Part shown: piece after piece, positions 9,069 through 18,683 of the stretch
Numbering within the stretch: the first letter of the stretch is position 1
Layout: the number at the start of each line of letters is the position of its first letter
Assembly: GCA_963775425.1 (NCBI GenBank)
Contig: CAVZJB010000016.1
Location: 352,001-416,000 of the forward strand
Direction: 5' to 3'
DNA from: an uncultured delta proteobacterium
GTDB lineage: Bacteria; Myxococcota; UBA727; VGSZ01
DNA length: 64,000 nt
The notes under the pieces: generated by a model
Databases searched by the model: none
Told to the model about the DNA's origin: nothing
What the model saw: only the letters and a program-made list of their open reading frames with translations
Made by a program: the position numbers and the translations under genes

Positions 9069-11054
9069 ATGCGCGACGCTCTCATCAAATTCTCCGGCCG
9101 CGTCCTGTACCTCACCGAAGACCTCGACCTGCTCGATCGGCAGCTCCACCAGGGTGAGGTGCTCCGCTACGATCCGGCGCGCAAGCTCATCGACAACATC
9201 TCCACCGACGAGCTCACCCCGGGTTGGGTGTGCTTCTGGTACGACGAGACCCTCGGCGACTACTGCCTCGTCGGCCTCCGCGGCGGCAAGGTGCAGAAGG
9301 ACTCGATCAAGAACGCCAAGCCGTCGGTCATCGTGAGCGGGCTGTCCAAGGGCTGCGGCTCCTCGCGAGAGACGGCGCCGTACTCGGAGATGGTCGCGGG
9401 CGTGGAGCTCGTCGTCGCCAAGAACATCGAGAAGATCTACGGCCAGAACTGCCGCAACATCGGGCTTCTCACCACCACGGACTTCGGCGTCCTCGAGCGC
9501 ATCGAGAAGGGCGAGGCCATCCCGCTCGAGGAGTTCACCAAGGGGCTGAACCCCATCGAGAAGGGCATCGTCGAGCACGGCGGCCTGTTCGCCTACAACA
9601 AGGCGCGCCTCGCCGGCGAGGTGTCGCCGCCGGCGGTACAGACCGGCAAGCGCCCGATGACCCTCGTCGAGAAGATCATCGCGTCCCGCGCCATCGCCGA
9701 CGCCAAGACGGGCGCCATCGGCATCGAGGCGGTCAAGCCCGGGGACGCGCTCTTCGCCCACGCCGACGTGCGCTTCTCGCACGACTACACCACCGCCATG
9801 TGCGAGTCGCTGCTCGTGCAGGGCTTCGGCAAGGACGCCAGGGTGCGCGACGTCGACAGCGTCTTCGCCTTCCGTGATCACCTCACGTTCCGAAACAAGA
9901 TCATGTCCGACGCGGACAAGAAGAAGGGCCTCAACGTCCTCGTCGACAACCTCGCCAGCGTGCAGGAGGACTTCTGCACGCGCCAGGGCATCCGCCTGTT
10001 CGGCGAGGTGAAGAACGCCGCCGGCGAGATCGGGAGCGAGGCCATCTGTCACAACGCGGTGATGGAGGAGCTCGGCGGCCCCGGCCAGATCATCGTCGGC
10101 ACCGACAGCCACACGTGCACGGCGGGCGCGCTCGGCGCCTTCGCCTTCGGCGTCGGCAGCACCGACATGGCCAACGCGTGGTTCACCGCGGACATCCAGG
10201 TGAAGGTGCCGTCGAGCGTGAAGTACGTGCTCACCGGCAAGCCCGCCGCCGGCGTCACGGCCAAGGACGTCATGCTCTACGTGATGGCGCAGGAGTACTC
10301 CAAGAAGGGCAACTGCATCGGCAAGGTGCTCGAGTTCTCCGGGCCCGGCCTGTTGCACATGAACATGGACGAGCGCGCCACGCTCACCAACCTCGCCGTC
10401 GAGTGCGGCGCCACCACGGGCATCATCGAGGCCGACAAGGTCACCGAGGACTACCTCGTGGACTTCCGCGGCTGGAGCCGCGAGCGCGCGCAGCAGGGGC
10501 ACCTCAAGGCCGACAAGGACGCCGTCTACGACGCCACCTTCGACATCGACCTCGCGCGGGTGCCGCAGATGGTGGCGACGCCGGGCGACCCGAGGAACGG
10601 CGTGCCCGTCGCAGAGCTCGGCCGCGCGGGTCCCGCGGGCGACGTCGTCGTCGAGATCGCCTACGGCGGCTCGTGCACCGGCGGCAAGATGGCGGACATG
10701 GACATGTACGCCGACGTCCTCAAGCGCGGGCTCGATCGCGGGATGAAGGTGAAGGACGGCGTGAAGATGTTCATCCAGTTCGGCAGCCAGCGCATCAAGC
10801 GCTACGCCGTCGACAAGGGCTACCTGGACATCTTCAAGGCCGCCGGCGCCGAGGTCATCGAGCCTTCTTGCGGCGCGTGCATCAACGCCGGACCGGGCGT
10901 GTCGCGCACCAAGGACACGGTGACGGTGTCGGCGATCAACCGGAACTTCCCCGGGCGCTCCGGGCCCGGCCTCGTGTACCTGGCGTCGCCGCGCGTCGTC
11001 GCCGCGAGCGCGCTCAAGGGCACCATCACCACCCCCGAGCAGCTCTTCGCGTAG
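9069..11054 (+). CDS. Aconitase-family dehydratase, fused LeuD-like swivel (N) and LeuC-like (C) domains
   Basis: N-terminal DNISTDE and GCGSSRETA. C-terminal DSHTCT.GALG, GGSCTGGK, SCGACINAG, NRNFPGR, YLASP; three Fe-S Cys present. Confidence 0.85.
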   Translation: MRDALIKFSGRVLYLTEDLDLLDRQLHQGEVLRYDPARKLIDNISTDELTPGWVCFWYDETLGDYCLVGLRGGKVQKDSIKNAKPSVIVSGLSKGCGSSRETAPYSEMVAGVELVVAKNIEKIYGQNCRNIGLLTTTDFGVLERIEKGEAIPLEEFTKGLNPIEKGIVEHGGLFAYNKARLAGEVSPPAVQTGKRPMTLVEKIIASRAIADAKTGAIGIEAVKPGDALFAHADVRFSHDYTTAMCESLLVQGFGKDARVRDVDSVFAFRDHLTFRNKIMSDADKKKGLNVLVDNLASVQEDFCTRQGIRLFGEVKNAAGEIGSEAICHNAVMEELGGPGQIIVGTDSHTCTAGALGAFAFGVGSTDMANAWFTADIQVKVPSSVKYVLTGKPAAGVTAKDVMLYVMAQEYSKKGNCIGKVLEFSGPGLLHMNMDERATLTNLAVECGATTGIIEADKVTEDYLVDFRGWSRERAQQGHLKADKDAVYDATFDIDLARVPQMVATPGDPRNGVPVAELGRAGPAGDVVVEIAYGGSCTGGKMADMDMYADVLKRGLDRGMKVKDGVKMFIQFGSQRIKRYAVDKGYLDIFKAAGAEVIEPSCGACINAGPGVSRTKDTVTVSAINRNFPGRSGPGLVYLASPRVVAASALKGTITTPEQLFA

Positions 11055-11134
11055 GCGCGTCGTGGGGCGGTGGTCCCCGCGTCGCCCCGGCGATCCCCCT
11101 GGCGCGGGGCGCCGGCGCGCGTCAAGATCCGTCG

Positions 11135-11989
11135 ATGCGCGTGCTCCCCGCCCTCGCCGCCTTCTTCGGGTGCGCCGGCGTCGCCCTTGGGACGGCCGCG
11201 TGCCCCGCCGATCAGCCGTTCTTCTCGAGCGACATCGGGGTGCCCGCCGTCCCCATCGAGCCGGGCAGCGCCGCGGGCACGTTCGCGCTCAAGACGCTCA
11301 ACGTCACGCTCGTCCACCTGCCCGCCGGCCTCGGCGACCAGGAGGGGGGCGGGCAGAACTACCGCCTCGTCACCCGCACCTACGACGCCGACGCGGACGT
11401 CTACCACCAGACCAGCACCCTGTGCGGCGGCTTCAATTTCGAGGTGGCCGGCGTGACGACGTCGTGCCCCGAGTCCACATACCGCGCGGTGCCCGAGTCC
11501 AAGGAAGAGACCGTCACCATCGACGACGCCGGCCACTACACGTCCACCGGCCACATCCAGCTGTGGGGGCTGCGCGACCTCCCGGACCCGTTCACCACCG
11601 AGCTGCCCACCACGAAGGAGGACGCCGCGGTGACGCCGTGGGACGAGCGGATCTTCGACATGGACGGCGACGGGAACCCCGGCATCACCCTGTTCGTGAG
11701 CGGCCTCGTCTCCGGGCAGGTGTACGCGTTTCAGCGAAAGACCGTGGACCTCGACGGCATCACCACCTCGAGCGACCACATGATGGGCCTCGCCAAGAAC
11801 ACCAGCGAGGCGCTCACGATCGGCGCCGACAACCCCCTCGTCGACCGCCAGAGCGAGGGCTCCGCCGAGCCGCACCCCGATCCCAAGAAGAGCTACTTCG
11901 AGGAGGCGCGCCTCCCCGACGGCGCCACCTGTGACGACGTCATGAGCGCCGAGGACGACGGCGTCCTCTCCGACATCCGCCCGTTTTGA
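11135..11989 (+). CDS. Hypothetical lipoprotein (DxDGDGxPGxT family)
   Basis: ATG 11135, lipobox TAAC, typical codon usage; motif RIFDMDGDGNPGITL. Confidence 0.65.
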   Translation: MRVLPALAAFFGCAGVALGTAACPADQPFFSSDIGVPAVPIEPGSAAGTFALKTLNVTLVHLPAGLGDQEGGGQNYRLVTRTYDADADVYHQTSTLCGGFNFEVAGVTTSCPESTYRAVPESKEETVTIDDAGHYTSTGHIQLWGLRDLPDPFTTELPTTKEDAAVTPWDERIFDMDGDGNPGITLFVSGLVSGQVYAFQRKTVDLDGITTSSDHMMGLAKNTSEALTIGADNPLVDRQSEGSAEPHPDPKKSYFEEARLPDGATCDDVMSAEDDGVLSDIRPF

Positions 11990-12020
11990 GCCGCGCGCCG
12001 CGGCGACACGTCCGCAGCGC

Positions 12021-12596
12021 TCAGGGTGCGCGCGGGACCAGGGTCGCGAGCACCGCCTTCTTGCACGCGGCGCGCACCCGGCCGGCCATCTCGTTGACCT
12101 TCTTCATCGCGATGTCGCGCACGAGGCCGGTGGGGACGAACGTCCCGACGTCGACGAAGCTCTCGTAGGCGACCGCGGAGCCGCCTTTGCCGTCGGGCCG
12201 CACGGTCCAGCTCCCGCGCACGGTCTTCAGGTCGCCGCCGATGTTCTTCCAGCTCACCACGCGGTGCTCGCGGTCGACGTGGCGGCGCAGCGTGTAGCTG
12301 ACGGTGGCGAGCACGGCGTCCACGGTGAAGCGCGCGTCCACCTCGGCGTCGCGCCTGGCGAGGACGTCGAGCGAGTGGATGTCCGGGAAGATGGAGCGGA
12401 AGCGGCTCACGTCCCAGAGCGTCTCGAGGACGACGTCGGGCGGCGCGCTCACGTCGAACGTTGCGCGGAGGCCGTTGACGCCGTCGCGCGCGGTCAGGGG
12501 CACCACGCTGGGGTCCGCGCGTGGATCGGGAGCGGCGTCGGGCGCGGCGCAGGAAAGAGCAGCGCTGAGCGCGGTGACGATGAGGGCGGCGGGCAC
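12021..12596 (-). CDS. SRPBCC / polyketide cyclase-like (START-fold) protein with a signal or lipoprotein leader
   Basis: Motif FDVSAPPDVVLETLWDVSRFRSIFP...GDLKTVRGSWTV. GTG at 12596. Confidence 0.7.
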   Translation of the reverse strand: MPAALIVTALSAALSCAAPDAAPDPRADPSVVPLTARDGVNGLRATFDVSAPPDVVLETLWDVSRFRSIFPDIHSLDVLARRDAEVDARFTVDAVLATVSYTLRRHVDREHRVVSWKNIGGDLKTVRGSWTVRPDGKGGSAVAYESFVDVGTFVPTGLVRDIAMKKVNEMAGRVRAACKKAVLATLVPRAP

Positions 12597-12606
12597 GCCC
12601 CCGATC

Positions 12607-14988
12607 CTAGCGATCCCGCGCGTCCGCCGCGACGTTGAAGGTGTCGTGGCCGACGAACGCCCCGGGATCCCGGTCGCGGCCCACGACGAGGAGGTCCAGC
12701 CGGTGCTCCCAGAAGCGCTCGCGCACGCAGGCGCCGCCCGTCGCGACGTCGACGCGGAGGATCTCGAGGTCGCCGATCTCCACGTCGAGGGCCGCGCGCG
12801 GGACGAGGCAGGCGCGCGCGTCGGCGGCGAGGAGCCGCTCGAGCGTCTCGCGCTCGTGCAGGTCGACGCCGGTGCCGACGCCGCAGCGCGAGCTCGCGCC
12901 GTAGCCGAGGCAGGAGCAGCCGCACGAGCAGCCGCACCCGCTGATGCCGAAGCCGCCGAGGTCGACGGTGGCCGGGCGCCACGCGGGGATGTCGACGAAC
13001 GACGTCGTGCGCGACACGGCGTGGGCGCGGGTGGCGACGGAGCGGACGAGGTCGTCGTCGAGGGCGGCGCCGACCGCGTCGACGGCGGCGACGCCGAGGA
13101 GCGAGGCGTCTTGCCGGACGCGCTCGCGAAACGGCGTGGCCCACAACAAGCCCTGGACGCGAAGCCCGCGCACGGCGGCGCGGCGCGCGCGCGCGTCGTT
13201 CGCGGCGAGCGGGCGCGCGGCCTCCACCCGCAGGCCCGAGCCGCCCACGAGGAACATCGGCAGGCCGTCGTCCTGGTTTTCGACCTCGGCGGCGTCGCGC
13301 GGCGAGCGCTCGATGACACACGCGGTGACGCCCTCGGCGAGGAGGTCGTCGCCGGCGAGCGTGACCTGCGGGAGGTCGATGCGCGTCGGGTGGATGAGGT
13401 GCGGGTACAGCGCCGCCTCGTCGTCGGGGCCGAAGCCGGTCTCCACCCAGATGCCGCCGGTGCTCTCGGGGCCGCGGGCGCGCGCGTCCTCGTCGACGAA
13501 GGAGCGCCGCCAGGCGATGCTCTGCTCGATGTCGGCGTTGTCGGCGGTAACGACGACGTGGGTGAGCGGGGCGCCGGCGAAGGCGCGCACGAGGTGGTCG
13601 TCGTCGACGGCGTACGGCAGCTTCATGTCCGAGAGCACGACGACGCGCGCGACCTGCCCCTCTTCGACGTCGGACGCGATGCCGCGGGCGCGGGCGAGGG
13701 CGGTGACGACGTCGCTGCCGTTTCCAAGCGCCACCGCAGGCCGGTCGCGATCGCGGCGGTCACGCCAGGGTCCGACGACCACGCGCGGCTTGCGCGCGGC
13801 GGCGACCACCGCGTACTTCGCGTCGGGCGGCGCGGCGTCGAGGATGCCGTCGAGCATCTGCCACTCCTTGGCGAGCGCCGCCGTCCCCACGCTCACGGAC
13901 GCGTCGACGACGAACACGAGGCGCAGCCCCGCCGGGGCGTCCGACAGCGGCCGCGGCAGGTCGAGCTCCGCCCGCGCCACGACCGCGCCCGCCGGGGCGT
14001 CGCCCTCGGTCGTCACCGGCGCCGCGTCGTTGGCCTCCGTGGGTCGCGGCGGCAGCGGGTCGACGACGGTGGCGTAGCCGCGGGCGCGAAGCTTGGGGCC
14101 CGTCAGCGGGCGAACGTCGACGACGGCGAAGGGGTCGGCCACGAGGGCGTCGCCGGCGGCCTCGCCCCCCGGCGCGGGGAACATCGACAGGACGCGCGGA
14201 TGCCACGCGGCGCCGTCGACGCTGACGCGCATGGGGAGCGCGCCGTCGATGGTGAGCGACGGCGCCGCCCGGGGCACCTCGAAGCGCCACGCGCCGTCGA
14301 CGGGGAGGCTCGTGAGCCGCGCCTCGATGCGCACTGTGACGATGCGCACCGAGCAAGCGGCGGCGACGTCGATGCTCACGCCTGCGCCGTCGTCGGCGAC
14401 GAGCACCGCGGCGCGATCGCGGCCGGCCTTGGCCTGCTCGGGCGGCACGCCCATCTCGAGGACCCGCTTGTATTCGGCGAACTGCATCTCGGCGACGCCC
14501 GCGTCTTCGAGCGCGGCGGGCCGAAAGGGTCCCTCGTTCTCGGCGACGAACGCGCCGTCTACGACGCCCGCGCCCGCCGGCAGCTCCACGCCGTCGGTGC
14601 GAAAGCCGGGGCCGTGCGGCACGTTCAAGAGCTTCTGCTCGATCACCAGCGCCGCCCAGCCCTCGTGCACCGTCAGCGTCTCCGTCGAGGTGCCCTCGGC
14701 CATCTCCTCGAGCAGCGCGGGCGCGTCGCCGTCGGGACAAGCGGGCCCTTCGCCGTCCCCGTGCACGGCGGCGCCGTCCCCGCGGGCGCCGTCCCCGCGT
14801 GCGCCGTCCCCGCGTGCGGCAACGCCGTCGTGCGGCGGCGCGTCCGCGGCGGGCGTGGCGTTCGCGCGGGCAGCGTCATCGGCGACGGCGCGCTCCTTGG
14901 CGATGCTCTCGGCCAGCGCGGCCGCGGCACCGTCGGCGTCGAAGGGCCCGGAGGCGAGGAGCGCGAGCGCGGCGGCGAGGGGATGCAT
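12607..14988 (-). CDS. Secreted VIT/vWA-domain protein
   Basis: Signal peptide, VIT-like segment, MIDAS-like LVFVVDASVSV and VVVLSD, Cys-rich GCGCSCGCSC near the C-terminus. Confidence 0.6.
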   Translation of the reverse strand: MHPLAAALALLASGPFDADGAAAALAESIAKERAVADDAARANATPAADAPPHDGVAARGDGARGDGARGDGAAVHGDGEGPACPDGDAPALLEEMAEGTSTETLTVHEGWAALVIEQKLLNVPHGPGFRTDGVELPAGAGVVDGAFVAENEGPFRPAALEDAGVAEMQFAEYKRVLEMGVPPEQAKAGRDRAAVLVADDGAGVSIDVAAACSVRIVTVRIEARLTSLPVDGAWRFEVPRAAPSLTIDGALPMRVSVDGAAWHPRVLSMFPAPGGEAAGDALVADPFAVVDVRPLTGPKLRARGYATVVDPLPPRPTEANDAAPVTTEGDAPAGAVVARAELDLPRPLSDAPAGLRLVFVVDASVSVGTAALAKEWQMLDGILDAAPPDAKYAVVAAARKPRVVVGPWRDRRDRDRPAVALGNGSDVVTALARARGIASDVEEGQVARVVVLSDMKLPYAVDDDHLVRAFAGAPLTHVVVTADNADIEQSIAWRRSFVDEDARARGPESTGGIWVETGFGPDDEAALYPHLIHPTRIDLPQVTLAGDDLLAEGVTACVIERSPRDAAEVENQDDGLPMFLVGGSGLRVEAARPLAANDARARRAAVRGLRVQGLLWATPFRERVRQDASLLGVAAVDAVGAALDDDLVRSVATRAHAVSRTTSFVDIPAWRPATVDLGGFGISGCGCSCGCSCLGYGASSRCGVGTGVDLHERETLERLLAADARACLVPRAALDVEIGDLEILRVDVATGGACVRERFWEHRLDLLVVGRDRDPGAFVGHDTFNVAADARDR

Positions 14989-15042
14989 GCGGGCACCGAC
15001 ACCTGCGCCCGGGCCGCGGTTCCCGGCGAAGGGCGTCGGGGC

Positions 15043-15939
15043 TCAACGCGCGCGCGGGTGGTGGGCGCCGTAGATGCGGCGCAGGCGCTCGCGGTTCACG
15101 TGCGTGTAGATCTCCGTCGTCGACAGGTCGGCGTGCCCGAGCATCGCCTGCACGGCGCGCAGGTCGGCGCCGTTTTCGACGAGGTGCGTCGCGAAGCTGT
15201 GGCGCAGCTTGTGCGGCGAGATGGGCTTGGTGATCCCCGCGTCGCGCGCGTAGCCCTTGAGGAGCTTCCAGAAGCCCTGGCGCGTCATGGGCTCTCCGCC
15301 GGCGCGCAGGAAGAGCGCGGGGCTCACGCGGCCGTTGGCGAAGGTCTCGCGGGCGCGGTCGAGGTAGGCCCGCATGGCGTCGGCCGCCACCTCCCCGAAG
15401 GGGACCACGCGCTCCTTGTTGCCCTTGCCGCGCACCATGATGAAGCAGCGCTCGAGGTCGACGCCGTCGTGCGGCAGGCCCACCAGCTCGCTCACGCGCA
15501 GCCCTGTGGCGTAGAGCACCTCGAGCATGGCCCGGTCGCGCAGGCCGCGCGGCGTCGACGCGTCGGGCGCGGCCAGGAGGCGGCCGACCTCGTCGACGTC
15601 GAGGAACGTCGGGAGCGTGCGCGTGGGCCGCGGCAGCTCTATCTCGGCGACCGGGTCCTCCTTCAGCACGCGCTCCTTCACGAGGAACTTGAAGAGCTGG
15701 CGGATGGCGACGAGGTGGCGGGCCTGGCTACGCACCGCCAGCTTCTGCTTGGACATCTCCATCAGGTGCTGGAGCGCGTGGGTGTTCCGCACGTCCTCGA
15801 CGTCCTCGACGCCGTGCTTGCCGAGGAACGCGGCGAACGAGCCGAGGTCGCGGCCGTAGGCTTCGATGGAGTTGTCCGCGAGGCCGCGCTCCACGCGCGC
15901 CCAGGACAGGAACGAATCGACGGCGCTGCCGACGTCCAC
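15043..15939 (-). CDS. xerD: Tyrosine recombinase XerD
   Basis: Motifs ERGLADNSIEAYGRDL, RDRAMLEVLYATGLRVSEL, GKGNKER, TRQGFWK, SPHKLRHSFATHL, LGHADLSTTEIYTHV. Confidence 0.92.
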   Translation of the reverse strand: MDVGSAVDSFLSWARVERGLADNSIEAYGRDLGSFAAFLGKHGVEDVEDVRNTHALQHLMEMSKQKLAVRSQARHLVAIRQLFKFLVKERVLKEDPVAEIELPRPTRTLPTFLDVDEVGRLLAAPDASTPRGLRDRAMLEVLYATGLRVSELVGLPHDGVDLERCFIMVRGKGNKERVVPFGEVAADAMRAYLDRARETFANGRVSPALFLRAGGEPMTRQGFWKLLKGYARDAGITKPISPHKLRHSFATHLVENGADLRAVQAMLGHADLSTTEIYTHVNRERLRRIYGAHHPRAR

Positions 15940-15995
15940 GGCGTGAGCCTACACCGAAGCGCCCTCGAGACGTCGGCCCCCACGACGCGGCTCGG

Positions 15996-18614
15996 TCACG
16001 AGGGCGCGATGGCCGCGAGGAGCGCGCGCTCCATGGCGGCGAGCTCGGCGGCGCTCGTCCCACCCTCGTCGTCGCGCTCGACGGTGAAGACGTCGGTGAC
16101 CCGCGGCCCCTCGGTGTGGATGCGCGCGAGGGCGATGGTGAAGCCGCGGGCGGCGAAGGCGCGCGCGAGGTCGGCGAGGAGGCCGAGGCGGTCGGCGGCG
16201 CGCACCTCGACGACGGTGCGCCCCCAGGAGTCGCTCGGCAGCACGCGCACCCGCGGGGCCACGCGCGTGGGCCGGATGAAGCCGCCGCGGGGCGGCGCCG
16301 GGGCCCCGGGGGCGCGCGGGCGGGCCGCGGCGGCGAGCGCGGCCGGCAGGCGCGCCGCGGTCTCGCGCACGAGCCGATGGCCGCGGCTGTCGTCGACGAT
16401 GAACGCGTCGAGGACCAGGCCGTCGCTGCGCACGTCGAGGGTGGCGCCGAGGACGTTGGCCCCCTCGGAGGCGAGCGCCGCCGCCAGGTCCGCGAGCAGC
16501 CCCGGCCGATCGCGGGCCACGAGCCGCACCTCGTGGATGGTCTCGAGGGCCGCGCGCACGACCACGGCGATCGGGCCTCGTTCGTCGCGGCCCTGGTCCG
16601 ACGGCGGTGGCGCGTCGACGTCGCCGGCCACGGGGACGCCGACGAACGCCTGCGCGTACGCCGCCGCGTCGTCGCGGAGCTCGTCTTCGCTGCGGGACGC
16701 GAGGAAGCTCGTGGTGGCGCCGTCGACGAACCGCGCGGCGACGTCGTCGCGCACGCCCGCGAGCGCGGCGCGCGCCGCCCTTCGCACCTCTTCGTCGACC
16801 GTGCGCGCCACGGCCGCCCCGGGCGACAACAGCGCCTCGCGCGCGCGCTCCACGGCGGTACCGAGCAGCCGGGCCTTCCACGCGGTGCCGACGCCGGGCG
16901 CCACCGCGCACATGTCCACCCACGTGAGGAGCGCCAGCAGGTCGAGGCGCTCCGGCGTGCGCACCGCCGCGCTGAGCTCGTCGATGACGACGGGATCCGA
17001 CAGGTCGCGCCGCTGCGACGCGCGCGACAGGACGAGGTGCTCGAGCACGAGGAAGCGCAGCAGCTCCGCGTCGTCGGCGGGGAGCCCCATGCGCCCCGCC
17101 TCGCGCCCCACGACGCGCGCGCCGACGACGGAGTGATCCTCGACGAGGCCCTTGCCCATGTCGTGGAACAGCGCGCTCAGCACCACGATGTGCGTACGCG
17201 TGGTTCGCCCCGCCGACGGCAACAGCGGAGCCGGCGGCGGCGACGCGCCGGACACGAGGAAGAGCGCGAGGTCCGCGCAGCGGGCGAGGTGGGCGTCGGT
17301 GGTGAGCGCGTGGACCCCGTCGAGCTTCACGCGCGCGTGCAGGCGCTCGACCTCGACGAGGATGCGCGGCAGCGCGCCCCACTCGAGGAGCCGCGTGAAG
17401 GGGCCGTGGCCGTCCGCGTCGGGCCCCGCGCTCGTCGACGAGCACAGGCGCAGGAGCGCCCGCGCCGCCGCCCGCCGGGCGCGCTCGTCGGGCTCGGCCG
17501 CGCGCTCGGTGAGCGCGGCCGAGCGCCGCGCCGTAAAGGCGTCGGCGGCCACCAGGTCGTGCTCGGACATGAGCCGCGCCGCTTCGACGATCGCGGCGAG
17601 GTCGAGGGAGGCGTCGGCGTGGAAGTGGAGCTCGCCGTCGACGTCGACGAAGCCGCCGCCGAGATCGCGGTGGCCCACGCGCGCCGGGCGCGGCTGCAGC
17701 CGGGCGAGGGCGTCGTCGACGGTGCGCTTGACGAGCGCCATGGCCGTGACGGCGCGGCGACACAGGGCTTCGGCGGCGGTCTCGCCCGCGTGGCCCGGCG
17801 AGGTGTCGAGGAGCGGCGCGGCGTGGCCCGCGTTTTCGCCGTGGAGCCGATCGTCGGCGCGGCCGACGGCGACGTGGAGCGCGGCGCGCAGCGCGAGCAG
17901 CTCGCGGCGCCCGTGCTTGAGCGCGGCGGCCTCGCGCGGGTGGAGGAGGCCGACGCCGAGGAGCCCCGCGAGCAGATCGCCCGACGGGTCGCGCGCGCCT
18001 TCGCCGGCGTGGAGCAGGCCGATCCACAGGAGCGCCTGCAGGTCGCGGAGGCCGCCGGGCCCGCTTTTGAGGTCGGGCTCCTGCTGCCACGGCGAGCCTC
18101 CGAAGCGCTCGCGGCGCGCGTGCAGCTCGCGCAGCTTCTCGTCGAGGAGCGCCCCGCGGCGCGCCGGGAAGAGCTCGCGGCGCACGTGCCGCAGGGCGCG
18201 CTCGGCGAGCGCGAGGTCGCCGGCGATCGGGCGCGCCTCGAGGAGGGCGGTGGCAGCGTGGCCGTCCTTCGCGCTCAGGCGCTCGAACAGCGACGGCAGC
18301 TCGTCGACGCCGCGCACGGCGTGACCGACGCGAAAGCCGGCGTCCCACAAAGCGTAGAGCGGACGGGTGGCGCGTTCGCCGGCGGCTGCGGCGTCGCCGT
18401 CGACGACGATGAGCACGTCGACGTCGGAGAACGGCACGAGGTCCCGCCGCGCGAGCCCGCCTTGCGCGAGCACGGCGACGCCGGAGCCCTCGGGCGCCGC
18501 CGCCCCGATCAGCGCCTCCACGCCCTCGGAGAACGCGCGCGCGACGGTGTCGCCGGCCTCCCCGGCGCGCAGCATCCGCGCGACCTCTTCGTGCAACTGC
18601 TCCCGTGTCACCAC
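15996..18614 (-). CDS. glnD: [Protein-PII] uridylyltransferase / uridylyl-removing enzyme
   Basis: NTase GG..R.DL.PFSDVD, EPDLKSGPGGLRDL, HD domain LFHDMGKG, two ACT domains (DRPGLLA, DRLGLLA). Confidence 0.9.
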   Translation of the reverse strand: MVTREQLHEEVARMLRAGEAGDTVARAFSEGVEALIGAAAPEGSGVAVLAQGGLARRDLVPFSDVDVLIVVDGDAAAAGERATRPLYALWDAGFRVGHAVRGVDELPSLFERLSAKDGHAATALLEARPIAGDLALAERALRHVRRELFPARRGALLDEKLRELHARRERFGGSPWQQEPDLKSGPGGLRDLQALLWIGLLHAGEGARDPSGDLLAGLLGVGLLHPREAAALKHGRRELLALRAALHVAVGRADDRLHGENAGHAAPLLDTSPGHAGETAAEALCRRAVTAMALVKRTVDDALARLQPRPARVGHRDLGGGFVDVDGELHFHADASLDLAAIVEAARLMSEHDLVAADAFTARRSAALTERAAEPDERARRAAARALLRLCSSTSAGPDADGHGPFTRLLEWGALPRILVEVERLHARVKLDGVHALTTDAHLARCADLALFLVSGASPPPAPLLPSAGRTTRTHIVVLSALFHDMGKGLVEDHSVVGARVVGREAGRMGLPADDAELLRFLVLEHLVLSRASQRRDLSDPVVIDELSAAVRTPERLDLLALLTWVDMCAVAPGVGTAWKARLLGTAVERAREALLSPGAAVARTVDEEVRRAARAALAGVRDDVAARFVDGATTSFLASRSEDELRDDAAAYAQAFVGVPVAGDVDAPPPSDQGRDERGPIAVVVRAALETIHEVRLVARDRPGLLADLAAALASEGANVLGATLDVRSDGLVLDAFIVDDSRGHRLVRETAARLPAALAAAARPRAPGAPAPPRGGFIRPTRVAPRVRVLPSDSWGRTVVEVRAADRLGLLADLARAFAARGFTIALARIHTEGPRVTDVFTVERDDEGGTSAAELAAMERALLAAIAPS

Positions 18615-18683
18615 GGGCGGATCGTAGCGTCGCCGCCCCGCGCCCCACAGTCCCCATGGGGCCTCACCGGGCCCCGGACGGGC

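Noticed and set aside
14752-14818. Short coding repeats (ARGDG here; also DKKAG, DAKAG, DAGTEI and GE tracts elsewhere)
   Set aside because: Ordinary low-complexity linker expansions typical of myxobacterial secreted proteins.
15043-15939. Tyrosine recombinase as a phage or island integrase
   Set aside because: Size and motifs (TRQGFWK, SPHKLRHSFATHL) fit housekeeping XerD; no att repeats or cargo genes.
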